Assembly: GCA_964016885.1 (NCBI GenBank)
Contig: OZ024740.1
Coordinates: forward strand, 207,514,001-207,578,000
Length of the DNA: 64,000 nt
Direction of reading: 5' to 3'
From: Eledone cirrhosa
Lineage: Eukaryota
Part shown: one piece after another, positions 26,912 through 43,040 of the stretch
How the letters are laid out: every line of letters starts with the position of its first letter
Numbering within the stretch: position 1 is the stretch's first letter
Translations under genes and position numbers: made by a program
The notes under the pieces: generated by a model
What the model was told of the DNA's origin: nothing
What the model saw: the letters and a program-made list of their open reading frames with translations, nothing else
The model's database searches: none

Positions 26912-27149
26912 GGCTGGAACACGCCATAGAGTAATATATACATACATATGTCATGTAAAAATACACACAAAAGCTGTTAACCTTTCTTTATGCCTATCTT
27001 TCTTCCAAAGTGGCGTTACTTACGGAATGAAAAGCCGAATGAAGCAGGATTATAAATCAATAACGTTTAATATCGAAATAGAAGTCTTGAAAATATTAAC
27101 TTAATCAAATTCTTTTACTAGTAACATATTCCAATAATTTTAACAATAA

Positions 27150-28356
27150 CACTGGTCAACACACTTTTTGCTGACTTCGATTTTGTTGTTTTTATCTAAT
27201 ATCAAGGTGCTGACCCCACTCCCCCCTAACACATCATGTTAGTCAGCTATCCCATAAACCCAGGAATCACGGATATTTTGTATACCTTCTAGGATCATAC
27301 TGTGGAACACCTACCGCTTTTAACAGTCCTGCCATGTCACAACAGTAGACAAAATCTTTTTCAGTTTTAAAGAATGCCAAGAGATCTTTGCCCCTGTTCT
27401 GATCAAAAGTTACATTTGTTTCTTTTTGCAGCATATTCTTCTCTTTTAGTCTAAAAGCTAATAGTCCTGATAACTCTTTTGACAGGCCTAAGTCTTTAAC
27501 TAAACCATTCAGTTCTACCTGGTTGAAGTTTTCACGTACCTTGGTTGCTGTATCTACAAAGTCTGTATCACTGTTATATCCATGATTTTCATCTGATACA
27601 CTCATATATCATTTTCATCTTCTAGTGACGGCAATTCTGTGTAAACGAGTACTCAGTGAAGCACGGGACGAATTGCTGAATTCAGATTTGAGTAACTTAT
27701 TTTCAGTCGAGTTTTCTTGCTACAACTAGAGGTCTTTGTGAGACCAAAGTAGCAATCTTCTGCATGGTTCATTGGCTTTCGCCATGACATAGGAATGCTA
27801 AATGCTAGTTGTTTTTTTGTAGCCTTTGTCCACTGGCGTAGATTTTCGACACATGGTTTACATACATTGTGCAGGGCCCACGATTTATCCTGATCACCAA
27901 TTTTAAGCTTAAGGTAAGCCCAGTAAGCTCTTTTCACAAATTCGCTAATGTTTATTCTTTGACTTGGTACTGTAAAACTACTGCATATATAGCTAAAGAA
28001 TCAGGGGAATACAAACATTTTCTTCGTAATAAAGCTATGCTATACCCGTGTAATTTCTTAAAATCAATCTGAAAAGAGGGAAAATAATTATTAGATATAA
28101 TATATTTATATATATTTAGGTGTATCTAAGTAGATAAAAAGATGTCTAAATACATAGATAAAATAAAATATCAACATAAATTATTACCTATGATATGTCT
28201 TGTAGCTATGAGTGGGGCCAATATGGACCAGTCCATAGGTAAAGAACTTGAGATGATAGAAAAAATAGTATCGTTATTTTCAACGGCCCCATATTACCCA
28301 AGAACAAGTCTCAAACTTAGGTCAGCAGAAAAAAAGCAAACTATTGTGGACCAGCG
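27150..28356 (-). mobile_element. Chapaev3 (CMC) DNA transposon, internally deleted
   Basis: CACTGGTC...GACCAGCG termini with TAA TSD; N-terminal transposase motifs GDQDKSWALHNVCKPC, PMSWRKPMNHAEDCYF and LVKDLGLSKE. Confidence 0.75.
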
Positions 28357-29268
28357 TAATTTTTGATTTTTGCACAAGGTCAATAATTTTAGAGGAGAAG
28401 AAAATCGACTCAGTATTTAACTGGTACATTAATTTATCGATGAAAGGATAATTTATACTAAGAACATAAAGAGTCGTAACCAGCCTTGGTTAGAATTTAT
28501 CTGACGCTCTAACGACTCCACGGCTCTCCTAATTTTAACAATAAATAAACAGAGAGCTTTTAATGAAAATCGAACGCACATTCTTCAGTTATATCATAAG
28601 ACACGTAAGTCATAAGATTTAGGGGAAAACACATTTAAAGGAATTGTATATGAAAATAAAAAAGATACGGACATTTTAAAAGAGAATATAGTGGACATTT
28701 TCTCGAATGGAAAGAGAATGTTAAATTCGAAAACGTGAAAAAGAGAGTTAGGACAGTGAAAGTATAAACTAGCTTCTTTTTATCATTCAACGGATATTTC
28801 AATAAAAATCGTTGGAGAATATTCAATGAGAATTTTTGGAAAATTTTCGGTGAATAATTCTGAAGATTTATTTACACCGAAAGGGGTTTGCATAAGATTT
28901 TCGTTATTTCTTACTAGAAGTTCATTTTATATCGCCATACGATTTCCGTCTAATATAAAGTAGACAGTATTTATCATGGCGTCCCATTGTGTGATGTCTT
29001 TTTATTCATCAAGTTTGAATCAGTGAGGTGAAGGTAACTTTCGTATTTCTCCATTTAGCAACAAGAAAATTGTTATTGATGGTTTTTCTTGTGGAGCAAA
29101 TGAAAAGAAGAAACGCTCAATGGATTATATAATTGATATAACTTGTTAGCAACTATATCGGCACGAAAACAAGCTTTCTGAAGTGAGAAATGTCTTCATT
29201 TTACACACGCGCGCGCACACACACGCACACACACACGCACACACACACGCACACATACACGCACACAC

Positions 29269-29366
<98 letters not shown>

Positions 29367-29542
29367 TTACATGCATACATATGTTCATGAGGAATGTACA
29401 TATTTAAGTGAGTACACACACACTCACAATTACGCACACATATACACACATACATACATGCATAAACACACATATATATACATACACACATGCATATATA
29501 TATATATATAGGCTTATATGTGTGTGCGCGCGTAAATATATG

Positions 29543-29592
<50 letters not shown>

Positions 29593-29647
29593 CAATGTAT
29601 GTATGTATCTATGTATATAAGTAAATAAGTATGTATCTACGTATTTA

Positions 29648-29875
<228 letters not shown>

Positions 29876-30539
29876 AATATGTAGATACATACTTATATAC
29901 TTATATACATAGATACATTGTTAACATGTATGTCTGCCTGTATATTTGAATGGTATCTATGAATATCAGTTTGACGGTGTGTCTGTTCTAGTTAAAATAC
30001 TCAACTAAACAGTTTTGTTTGATACGAAACTTGATACACATCATTTCGATTTCTATGTAAATTTTTCCCCTTTCCAAACCCCTTAACCTCTATTACTTCC
30101 ATATAGCTTAACTAAAACCATTTCAGGGACATTTGCATATACACCATATTCTTTTGGTTTTCTTATATATTTTTCAAGAATGTCGCTGTGGTTGTTGTGG
30201 TCGTGTTCGCCGTCGTTGTTATCGTTATTGTTGATGCTGTTGTTGTTGTTGTTGGGCTGAAACAACAACAAGCTATTTTGTATTCTTCGCTAGCAGCTCC
30301 ATAGAAACTACGATAAAGTTTCTGATTATTTCTATGTTATAACTTATATGTATCAATATGCTTATTCCTACGTAACTTGCATGAATTACTGTGATGTGAT
30401 TGTCTTACAAAACATCGAATTAAACTCATCGCAGTATTCATTCTGGCTCTTTTCTCTCTGAGCTCAAATCCGAAGTCAACTTAATATTTCATCCCTGCCA
30501 GATCAAAGTTCGGTTTGTCGATTATATCGACTCCAATAA

Positions 30540-30826
30540 CACTGGTCAACACAATTTTTGCTGACTTAGGTTTTGTTGTTAGTAATTTTGAGGTGCTGAT
30601 TTCAAATATGGTATCCATTTTCCCCTAACACATCAAGTTTCCATGTTTGTCTTTCACTCGGCTATCCCATAAACGCAGGAAACATGGATATTTTGTATAC
30701 CCTCCTTGTTGGCCAAGTGAAAACTTGACGGGATAGAAAAAAACGTATTGTCATTTTAAAACTCAGCAGCTCCAAATTACTCAAGAACGGGTCAGCAGAA
30801 AAAAATCAAAGTTTTGTTGACCAGTG
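30540..30826. mobile_element. Non-autonomous Chapaev3 derivative (MITE-like)
   Basis: TIRs CACTGGTCAACA/TGTTGACCAGTG with TAA TSD; ends homologous to 27150-28356. Confidence 0.8.
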
Positions 30827-31152
30827 TAATTGATTGGCATTTTATTGAATCTGAAAGGATGTTCACCGTGATAATATTTGAAATCAGAACATAAAAAAGC
30901 TGGAACAATTTCTGCAAGGAAATTTTTCTGATACTGACGACAACTGTCAATTGGTCCTGTTTCTGGCAGCGATGATATGAAAATGTTGTGCTCCATCATC
31001 CACTTTTCTAAAAAAATAAATCACACACAAAACCCCAGCACCAACAGTTTTGCAAGAGATGTCAACATGAATGGACCTGCTATTTTTATCTAAAGACATT
31101 TTTTCCAATTCCAACCCCACCCGTCCCCTCAATCTATCTTATTTCTCATTCT

Positions 31153-31190
31153 TTCTTCTAATGAAGGACTAGCGTCCGAAACGTTAAGAC
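31153..31190 (+). ncRNA. Minimal HHR with mutated core
   Basis: TCTT-CTAATGA-A-GGAC-TAGC-GTCC-GAAA-CGT-TA-AGA; G5>A. Confidence 0.55.
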
Positions 31191-31271
31191 CCTCTTCCTG
31201 CTATATCAAACGTTAACCTAATATATCCCTTCCATATACTGTACCGATTGTGTTGTTACTCCTGTTTACCC

Positions 31272-32254
<983 letters not shown>

Positions 32255-32327
32255 TATATGTATATATATATATATTATATATATATATATTATATATATA
32301 TATATAATATATATATTATATATATAT

Positions 32328-33080
32328 AGCTTAAAATGGAGTGAGGAGAATAAGAAGAAAGCAAGAACGGGAAGGGGGAGAGTTTTCTTCATCAGTTGTC
32401 TACTGGGGGTCTCGGATATTTCCACACTTTAAAGATATCTACCGTCCAGAGCGTTCAATAACTGAGTAAGTTATTGGGAAAACGGAGTAGGGAGGGAAGG
32501 ACAATAGAAGGGAAAAGGGACCTTAACTAGCAACTACACAGCCAATCCTATTCTTCATATATTTTATCATGTTTCGCTGTGATCAGTCTTCTCTCCTCTT
32601 CTACCTACCTATTTCGTTACTATCTACTCTTACTCCTCTTTCTTCCTCCCCCTTTCTCCCTCTCACTTTCACTCATCTTTTCTCTGTCAGCCACCTCATT
32701 GTTTCCCTCGCCTGACCTTCTAGCAGTCCTTTTCACACTTACACTCGCTGGGGTCAGACGTGTCTTTTCGTTGCCCACACGTTCTTGAACCTAAGTTCAC
32801 TTATCGCTGTGGTCTTGGATTTTCTTACCTTAAATTACTCGCACATTGCTCGGTTTGTTGTCTTTTTTTCGCTGTTTTCTCTTTTCTTCCCTTTTCCCTT
32901 CTATTCCCCCCCCCCCCCCTCCCTCCTCCGTTTTCCCAATAACTTACCCAGTTATTGAACGCTCTGGGGGTAGATATCTTGTCTTTAAAGCATTGAAATA
33001 TCCGAGACCGCCAGTAGACAACTGATGAGGAACCCCCACCCCCCGTTCTTGCTTTCTTCTTATTCTCACTCCATGTTAAG

Positions 33081-33082
<2 letters not shown>
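32328..33082. mobile_element. Inverted pair of family-G elements, each carrying the rewired-HHR motif
   Basis: Arms 32328-32520 and about 32885-33082; motif at 32930-33033 (+) and 32383-32485 (-). Confidence 0.8.
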
Positions 33083-34132
<1,050 letters not shown>

Positions 34133-34147
34133 CATATATATATATAT

Positions 34148-34333
34148 AATATAAAAATGGCTTCTACAGGACTAGAACTGTTTCATTCGGAGGAAATCAT
34201 CATGAAACCCCTTTCCTGATGATGTCCTCCGAATGAAACAGTTCTAGTCCTGTAGAAGCTATTTCTATATTAAATATTTATACTCTGCTATGTATTGAGT
34301 AACTTACTGTGGTTACCCCGATTGAACCCGGGA
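34148..34333. mobile_element. Family-B fold-back with HHR
   Basis: Turn at about 34203-34215; CTGATGA at 34216, GAAACAG at 34235, CTGTA at 34250. Confidence 0.75.
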
Positions 34334-34388
34334 TACACACACACACACACACACACAGACATATATATATATATACACACACACACAC

Positions 34389-34500
<112 letters not shown>

Positions 34501-34904
34501 GCACATACATATATATATATATATATATATAACGAAGGAAGAGTGGTAAGGAACCTATACATATATATATATATATATATAGTTATGCCTGTTTTTCAGT
34601 GTGTGTGTGTGCGAGTGTGTTTGAGCGTGTGTGTGTGTGAGTCAGTGAGTGAGTGAGTGAGTGAGTGGGACCCCTCAGGTTAAAGGCCACGCTAAGTACA
34701 CCACCACCACCACCACCGTCACAACAACACTACCCTTACAACTTTCCCATTCACAATCTTACCATATACCCTTATCCTCTCACCACCACTACCACCCGCC
34801 TCCTTCCTCTATTTACCATTCCCTGCAGGTGTCACCTGGACATTCTTTCTCCAAGTTGACGTCCCTAACTCTATATTTACAACTTCTACCCCCCCTTCAC
34901 ATCC

Positions 34905-34999
<95 letters not shown>

Positions 35000-35348
35000 C
35001 TGACTTCACTCTTAACCTTTCTTTATTAGTCTACCCTATTTCTCTTTACCGTTATATCTTTCCCTTCCTCTCTCTCTCTATCTCACTCTCTCTTTTCTTT
35101 ATATCTCTCACATTTCGTATCTCAATCTATCGGTCTGTTATTTTCGCCTCTTACAACACACTCACACACAGACGCGCACGCACATACACACACACATATA
35201 TATATATAAATATACATATTCATTTTATTAAGGCTGAATAGTGAGTCTTGTTTCTCTGGAGTTTCGCCTGTTTATTACAGGTTCACCAGACAAAAACTCT
35301 ACTTCGGTATGGAGGATTCTTTTCTCTCAGGCCGTCAACCATATAGGG

Positions 35349-35735
35349 TTATAATAAACCTTCAAAAGTGTGGGACTAGAGTTGTTACTCAAAAATATTG
35401 TAATCATTATCTATCGTACATTCTGTGGCATCCTTTATAAAAATATCACAATAAATACATCTATGTTTAATAATTGTTTCTACTATTGGCACAAGGCCAG
35501 CAATTACCCAGTATATTACTGGTACTTTATTTTATCGACCCCGTAAGGATGAAAGGCAAAGTTAACATCTATGTTTAATAATATTACGCAATTATTTATA
35601 GCTGTTATTACATTAAACATAGATGTATTTATTGTGATATTTTAATAAAGGATGCCACAGAATGTACGATAGATAATGATTACAATATTTTTGAGTAACA
35701 ACTCTAGTCCCACACTTTTAAAGGTTTATTATAAC
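35349..35735. repeat. Inverted repeat with a SINE fragment inserted near the turn
   Basis: Arms 35349-35470/35612-35735; SINE 35473-35564 bounded by ACATCTATGTTTAATAAT repeats; degenerate HHR on minus strand at about 35250-35292. Confidence 0.75.
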
Positions 35736-36309
35736 ATTCTGTGGCTCTTTTGAGCTTGCGCATTTTTCATGTCTAGTTTAATATTTTTTAAGGCAACGCT
35801 TGTAATAATTCTAGTTAAACATGATATATATTAATAATAAATTATCGTTGTAATGTAATTAGATTATATAATTGTTATTATAAATGATCTTATAAATATT
35901 AGTGTAAGATGTATAAAAATATTTTCAGACTTTTAATATAAACAACAACAAAAAACAATCAATATTAAATCAATATATTATACATAATAAAAAACATAAA
36001 ATAAATAAACAATATAAAAATAAAATATTTACATACAATTGCAATTATCAGTCTATATAAATTTTCTTTATTCCCTGAGCAAATTAATGAGATTTGTTCT
36101 TATTGCACATAATTTGATGACTTTTTGGAGTGTGATTAAATTGTTATCTTAAGCAACTCTCTTTTTAATAGTTGTTGGCTGAGCGAAATTAAAAAAGCCT
36201 ATGAGCAACTATTTAAAAAATACACAAACTACATTTCCCTGTATTGTTGCAACATTAGATAAAATAATTGAGCAATGTCGTGAGATTTTGCTCTTATTGC
36301 ACATTAATA

Positions 36310-36680
36310 GTGTTTCTATTTTTCGGCACAGAGCCATTACCGCAGTCCATTACTGGTACTTTATTTTATCGAACTGGTAAGGATGAAAGGCAAAGTTAAC
36401 CTCGGCGGAATTTGAACTTAGAACGCGAAGGGCCATAACAATGCTGCAAAGCATGGTGTCTGACGCTCTACCAATACTTGTGTTGAGCTGGTCACCAATT
36501 TGTGGTGGTCGTGCGTGGAGTAGAACAACAAGCGCTAGTCGAAATAGTATGAACAAAACATTTTTATTTGTCGAAGAACATATTTTCAATACTGTTTGTG
36601 AATGGGCATCTACTTATAGTGACAGTGTATTACTGGTACTTTATTTTATCGATCCCGTAAGGATGAAAGGCAAAGTTAAT
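36310..36680 (-). mobile_element. Family-2 SINE copy plus a core fragment
   Basis: Copies at 36310-36478 and 36625-36680. Confidence 0.75.
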
Positions 36681-37548
36681 ACTGACAATAATGCAAATGT
36701 GTAATAGTGAAAATTTGCGCCTTTTCAATAATTTATCGTCTGCTCACGTTGCATTAAAGGGAAATAACTCGTCTCTCAATTGTATTTATACATTTTAACT
36801 GAAACATCAATATTACACATTCGATTTGAAATTTCTTTTTACCGATCTCTCCGCTGGAGCTTAATCTATAAGTTTAGATGTGTGGCGACCGTTTTAGTAG
36901 AGAGGCAGACAGACAGACAGACAACCTCAGTTTTATATATATATATATGTATATACATATCAAAGATTTTTAAATGCGTGTGACACAAATGTTTACAATG
37001 TTTTTAGAAAAATTATTTTTACAAATATTTACAAACAAAGTGCAGTTTGTATTACAATCGGAACTCTGCCTATACTCGATTGCAATATATAAAGAGGAAC
37101 AAGATACAAAGATATATTTCTTTATTTGGCACAAGGGCGCACAAAAATGGGACATTACAGAACATGAATATATGCTATTTTGAAGTGTTTAAAAACTTTT
37201 TACAAACAAAAATTTAGAATCGTTTTGTACAAACGATAAATTTAAAAATATTTATACAAACTTTTACGATAGACTTTCATCTTATTTATTGACCCCCTAA
37301 CCCTAACGTCAATATATTACATTTGTTTTAAAAATAGTTAATATAAATAAAAAAAAAACATATAACGACGAAATAACAAAAATAAATGAACGAGGAAAAC
37401 AAACAAAGAAACATGGCGGATGCTTTTGAGCAACACTTACTCTGATTGGTTGAAAATTAGCCAATGGCATGTAATCACCACGGTCACGGTCAGACCTTGA
37501 AAAAACAATTGACTAAGTGACATAAAACATTCTGTTGTTAGTCATAAC

Positions 37549-37598
<50 letters not shown>

Positions 37599-37646
37599 TT
37601 TTGTTTCTTATTCCATGTAAACATATACACGCACAAACCCACGCGA

Positions 37647-37677
<31 letters not shown>

Positions 37678-37858
37678 ACGAAGGAATTGTGGTAAAGAAC
37701 CAGGTGGACCATAACGCACCAGAGTTCTCAATACTTAGGGTAGTAGAGTGGGTAATAGGAAAAAGAATGACCCCGACGGCAGAGCTCAAGCCGTTTCAGT
37801 CTAAAAATACCTGTCGAAACGGCTTGAGCTCTGCCGTCGGGGTCATACCTTTTCCTAT
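37678..37858. mobile_element. Family-F fold-back retaining the 3' half of an HHR
   Basis: GAAACGGC-TTGAGCTCT-GCCGTC (stem III plus GUC) on both arms; relatives at 41340-41466 and 34531-34556. Confidence 0.7.
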
Positions 37859-37869
37859 ATATATATATA

Positions 37870-39110
37870 TAAACTTAATTAAATCCTGGAAACAGGACTG
37901 CGAGAATGCAGAACTAATTTCACTAAAACGATGGAAAAAATCTGAAAAATGGTTCCTTAAATATGAAGAGGTTTCAAAAGAATACATCACACAGATAACC
38001 CCTTTATAAAGAAATTAAACAAAACAAGAACCCCACCCCCACTCCTCCGCCACAGGAACATTCATACCACAAGCCCCAACACGCGTAAACTACAGTCAAA
38101 ATCCCACTCAACAACCAAATACAACCAACTATAGCAGAAGAAACATACCCAACCAGCACAACATAGGAATCCACAAAAATATATCCCACAGAAACCAACC
38201 CCAAAACAACATACAATTAACCCGCAACACAAACACCATATACTTCAGAAGTAATCCACCCAGACCTCATGAAATCCTAACAAAAACTTCCCACATTAAC
38301 AACTACAACAGGTATCACCCCAAACACCACAAAAAAAACCATAACATCAACACTATGTATCCCAGAAAGAATCCACTCAGACCACAAGAACCCATAACAG
38401 AACTCTTACACAATAACTACAACAGATACCACCCCATCACCACATTAACTCTCATAAAAAAAATACAGATCCATACAAAACAGACAAGCAGACTACAATT
38501 ACACCCAAAATAACATTCCTTTTTTTTAGAAAAAAGACTGAAATACCAGGATACCCACTCATGAGAAACTGAAGATAATTAACCTTTCAAAGATATCACT
38601 AACTAAGACACAAATCCTAGAAACACACAAGATCATTAAAAGCAAAAGGCAACCAAAATCACATTCTCACTGGAACAAAGATACACGAACCCATCTCCAA
38701 CCTTACGGTAACAAAATGTGGAAGAACAAACTGTGGCACATGCCTATACTTAATTGAAAGTCAAAAATTCACAAATAAAGATGGCCAACATTTTACAGTG
38801 AAAAACAACTTCACTTGCAACTCAGAGAACCTGATTTACGTAATCACGTGCGATGGGTGTCGATATAACTACATAGGACAGACGGGTATGTCATTACGCA
38901 AAAGAATAACCATCCATCGCCAACAAATCCGACACGTAAACACAAGAAATGTCCCCTTAAGTAGCCACATCGTAGATTGTGCAGGAATGACCCTACCCAA
39001 CTTTAAAATCTTCCCTCTTTTATAAGAGCTCAGATTATTTCACAACAACAAAGAATAAATAAAGAAAAACTATTTCTTAACAGATTTTAACCAAAATTAA
39101 ATATGTTATC
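37870..39110 (+). pseudogene. Degenerate, internally deleted PLE with GIY-YIG domain
   Basis: CGRTNCGTC...FTCNSENLIYVITCDGCRYNYIGQT...RITIHRQQI at about 38715-39025. Confidence 0.75.
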
Positions 39111-39200
39111 ACCCCCCCCCCATTAGATTATTCCGAAGAACCTATTGACTAAGCACATACACATATACAGATAGATCGATATGTTTGCAGACATACGTGC

Positions 39201-39283
<83 letters not shown>

Positions 39284-39620
39284 CACATACACACACTCTC
39301 TCTCTCACACACGCGCACACACACCCGCATATATATATTGACTAAGCACATACACATATACAGACAGATCGATACATTTGCACACATACACACATGTGTG
39401 TATGTATATATATATATATATATACTCTCTCCCCCTCTCTCTCTCTCTAACACACACCACCAAATAAAAAAGAAATTATTCATACACTTATTTTACATAA
39501 ACAACCCCTCTCTAAATTCCTGACTGAAGGTCATCACTAATACGATACTGTTTTTTTTCATTACCCACCACAGAAAGACCTGTGAGAAACAAACAAACAT
39601 ACACCACACTACAAAAAACA

Positions 39621-39659
<39 letters not shown>

Positions 39660-39660
<1 letters not shown>

Positions 39661-40083
39661 TAGATAAATATACACGGGTGTGTATGATTGTGTATAGAAG
39701 ATTATATTAATAAGAGGAATTCCAACTTTGTCTGATTTACTCGTTTTATTTACAATCCTTTAAAATTTATAATGGTATTATAATGAAATAGTATGATAGA
39801 ATATTAAATGTTGAGTGTTAATTGAACAAGTACTTTCATGCTTTCGCAATCTTCAGGCTCATAATGTGTGGTGACAGTCAAGTTTGCAATTTTCAACTGT
39901 TGAAAATTGCAAACTTGACTGTCACCACACATTATGAGCCTGAAGATTGCGAAAGCATGAAAGTACTTGTTCAATTAACACTCAACATTTAATATTCTAT
40001 CATACTATTTCATTATAATACCATTATAAATTTTAAAGGATTGTAAATAAAACGAGTAAATCAGACAAAGTTGGAATTCCTCT
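39660..40083. mobile_element. Fold-back of the 23390-23620 pLTR with two HHR motifs
   Basis: Perfect arms about 39713-39896/39900-40083; HHR at 39936-39972 (+) and its mirror. Confidence 0.85.
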
Positions 40084-40084
40084 A

Positions 40085-40430
40085 AACGTGGTTCTGTCTT
40101 TGCGCGTAATTGTTTTTCAACGCTCCTATTAATGACGTATTATTCGTTTTTCCCCGTTCTTTGCCAGCGAACGTTACCACGAACCAAAGTATCGTCTTCC
40201 TGTCTTCCTTCGGTTGCAACGTTTTTTGAAATATCCAGTTCTGCGTTTACAGATTGACTTTGTTAGTTTCAGAAGATCCCGTTAAGGGTAAAAGCAGCGA
40301 TTCTTTGCTTAAACTTTAATCTGTTATTTTAATAAATATTTGCTCTACGGTTCTTATATATTTGATATATATTTTCCTTATCGAGCCCTCTTTGGATTTT
40401 AGTCTTCAATTTTATTATTATTACTATATA
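40085..40430 (+). mobile_element. Family-E pLTR-like element
   Basis: Inverted homolog at 41478-41722; extended HHR at 40249-40324 (G12>A in this copy). Confidence 0.75.
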
Positions 40431-40512
40431 TATATATATACAATATACCCCCTTTTTCTTTCTATCCCCCCCAAATATTTCTGTTACTAAGTTTTGATCT
40501 CATCACACTTAC

Positions 40513-40587
<75 letters not shown>

Positions 40588-40862
40588 CACACACACATAT
40601 ATATATATTTATATACACACACTCACTCATACCCTCTCAAACTATATTTCTAAAAAGAATTTCTTTTACATTCTTATACTTATGACAATCCCATATACCT
40701 CTCTCTCTTATATCAATTTTCTCTGGCTTACATTTCCCCTCTTCGCCATCCCCATCTGAACTCTTGTCCAGTCCTTTAACACAATTGAGATACACACGTA
40801 TATATACAGAAAAAATTCCTCTCTCTAAAAATAATTTTGTTCAGTGAACAGACACAACTACC

Positions 40863-40977
<115 letters not shown>

Positions 40978-41286
40978 TAAAGATTCCATGTTAACTCAGT
41001 CTTCTTAACAAGAAAGATGAACAAAGCTGCCTCAACACTTAATTTTAAATTTCTAATTTTTAAATTCTTTTTAATCATATTTAATTGTAATATTCAACAT
41101 TTGATGAGATAGATTACACCGATACATCGAAACAGGTTATATTTTATATACATTATAAAAACTCCTATTTAAAAAAAAAAGTTGTTCTCATTTTTTTCTA
41201 TAATGTCACTTTGACGGAACAAAGAAGAAAAAAAAAGAAAAACAGATCCTTTAAATATATTTTCCGTGCTGTTTCCAATTTCCCTT

Positions 41287-41329
<43 letters not shown>

Positions 41330-41493
41330 ATATATATATAACGAAGGAAATGTGGTAAGGAACCAGATGGACCATAACGCACCAAAGTACTCAATACTTA
41401 GGGTTGTAGAGTGGGTAATAGGAACGAGTAGGACCCCGACGGCTGAGCTCAAGCCGTTTCGACGGCTAATTCTAATATTTATTTATTAAAATA

Positions 41494-41569
41494 ACAGATT
41501 AAAGTTTAAGCAAAGAATCGCTGCTTTCACCCTTAACGGGATCTTCTGAAACTAACAAAGTCAATCTGT
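41494..41569 (-). ncRNA. Extended type I HHR with CAGAAGA core variant
   Basis: ACAGATTGA-bulge-AGTTT-CAGAAGA-T-CCC-GTTAA-GGG-T-GAAAGCA...TGCTT-AAACT-TTAATCTGT. Confidence 0.6.
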
Positions 41570-41850
41570 AAACGCAGAAGTGGATATTTCAAAAAAACGT
41601 TGCAACCGGAAGAAGACAGGAAGACGATACTTTGGTTCGTGGAAACGTTCCCTGGCAAAGAACGGGGAAAAACGAATATAATACGTCATTAATAGGAGCG
41701 ATAAAAAACAATTACACGCAAAGACTTTAATCTGTTATTTTAATAAATATTTGCTCTACGGTTCTTATATATTTGATATATATTTATCCTTATCTTTGGA
41801 TTTTAGTCTTCAAATTTATTATTATTACTATATATATATATATATATATA

Positions 41851-42704
41851 CGAGGTGTGTCAGAAAAGTTCCAGGACTAATGTCACAAAAGATTTATTTC
41901 AAACCCAAACTTCACACTAACAGTTTTCTCCTTCAAAGTAATCCCCCTGGAGTATGTAACTGTAATCTTAGCTCTATGCAGCGATCAAACTTTTTACTTC
42001 ATAATTTTATATATGTCCTCTGTTTCAGGTCGTCAAGCAATGAGCACAGAGCAACGAACAAACTTGAAAACTCCGTCAGAAGCACTGGGATTGCTGCAGC
42101 AAGTGTATGGAGATGAGACGATGTCACGCTCACGTGTTTTTGAGTCGTGCAAGAGGTTTAAAGAAGGACGCGAGGACGTGGAAGATGACCACAGGAGCAG
42201 AAGGCCCTCAACAACCAGGACTGAGGTCAACGTTGAGCGCGTCAGGCAGATGATGCGTAGCGATCGTCGGCTGACTGTTCGACTGATGGCAAATGAACTG
42301 GGCATGAATCGGGACAGCGTCTGGAAGATTCTCACTGAAGATTTGGACATGCGGAAAGTCTGCTCGAAGATGGTGCCAAAACTGCTGAACGATGACCAGA
42401 AGTGTTGACGCATGCAAGTGTGCCAGGACCCCCTCGAGTCATGGATGAGTCATGGATCTTCGAGTACGACCCGGAGGGGACCCGTTTTGAAGACGTGGAC
42501 GACATCAAAAAGTTCGTGACTACGGAACTGCGGAGGATCCCGGAAGAATCCTTCCAGGAGTACATGCAAGCGTGGCAGAAAAGGCTGGAAAGGTGCATTA
42601 GACTCCAGGGGGATTACTTTGAAGGAGAAAACTCTTAGTGTGAAGTTTGGGTTTGAAATAAATCTTTTGTGACATCAGTCGTGGAACTTTTCTGACACAC
42701 CTCG
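41851..42704 (+). mobile_element. Internally deleted mariner element
   Basis: TA-flanked inverted repeats of about 103 bp; HTH region (VYGDETMSRSRVF, DRRLTVR, VPKLL); catalytic domain deleted after DESWIFEY. Confidence 0.9.
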
Positions 42705-42982
42705 TATATATATATATATATATAAATATATATATATAACACACCTCGTATATATATATATATATATAAACATCACGGGCGCTCTATCTCAAAATTATTT
42801 TTGAAAAGCATTAGAAATGCGCAACCTGTAAAAACTTAAAACTAAAACTGAATACTAACCAATACTTATTACTAATTTTTACTTATTCCTAATGAAACTA
42901 TTTTTCACTGGGAAAAATTTGTCACAATTTTCTTTTCCTTTTACTTATATATATATATATATATATATACAAACATATATAT

Positions 42983-43040
<58 letters not shown>

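Noticed and set aside
36700-36940. Helitron/Helentron-like short element with (GACA)n
   Set aside because: Termini not identifiable from a single copy.
37295-37307. CCCTAACCCTAA telomeric repeat
   Set aside because: Only two units; expected by chance or within a TE.
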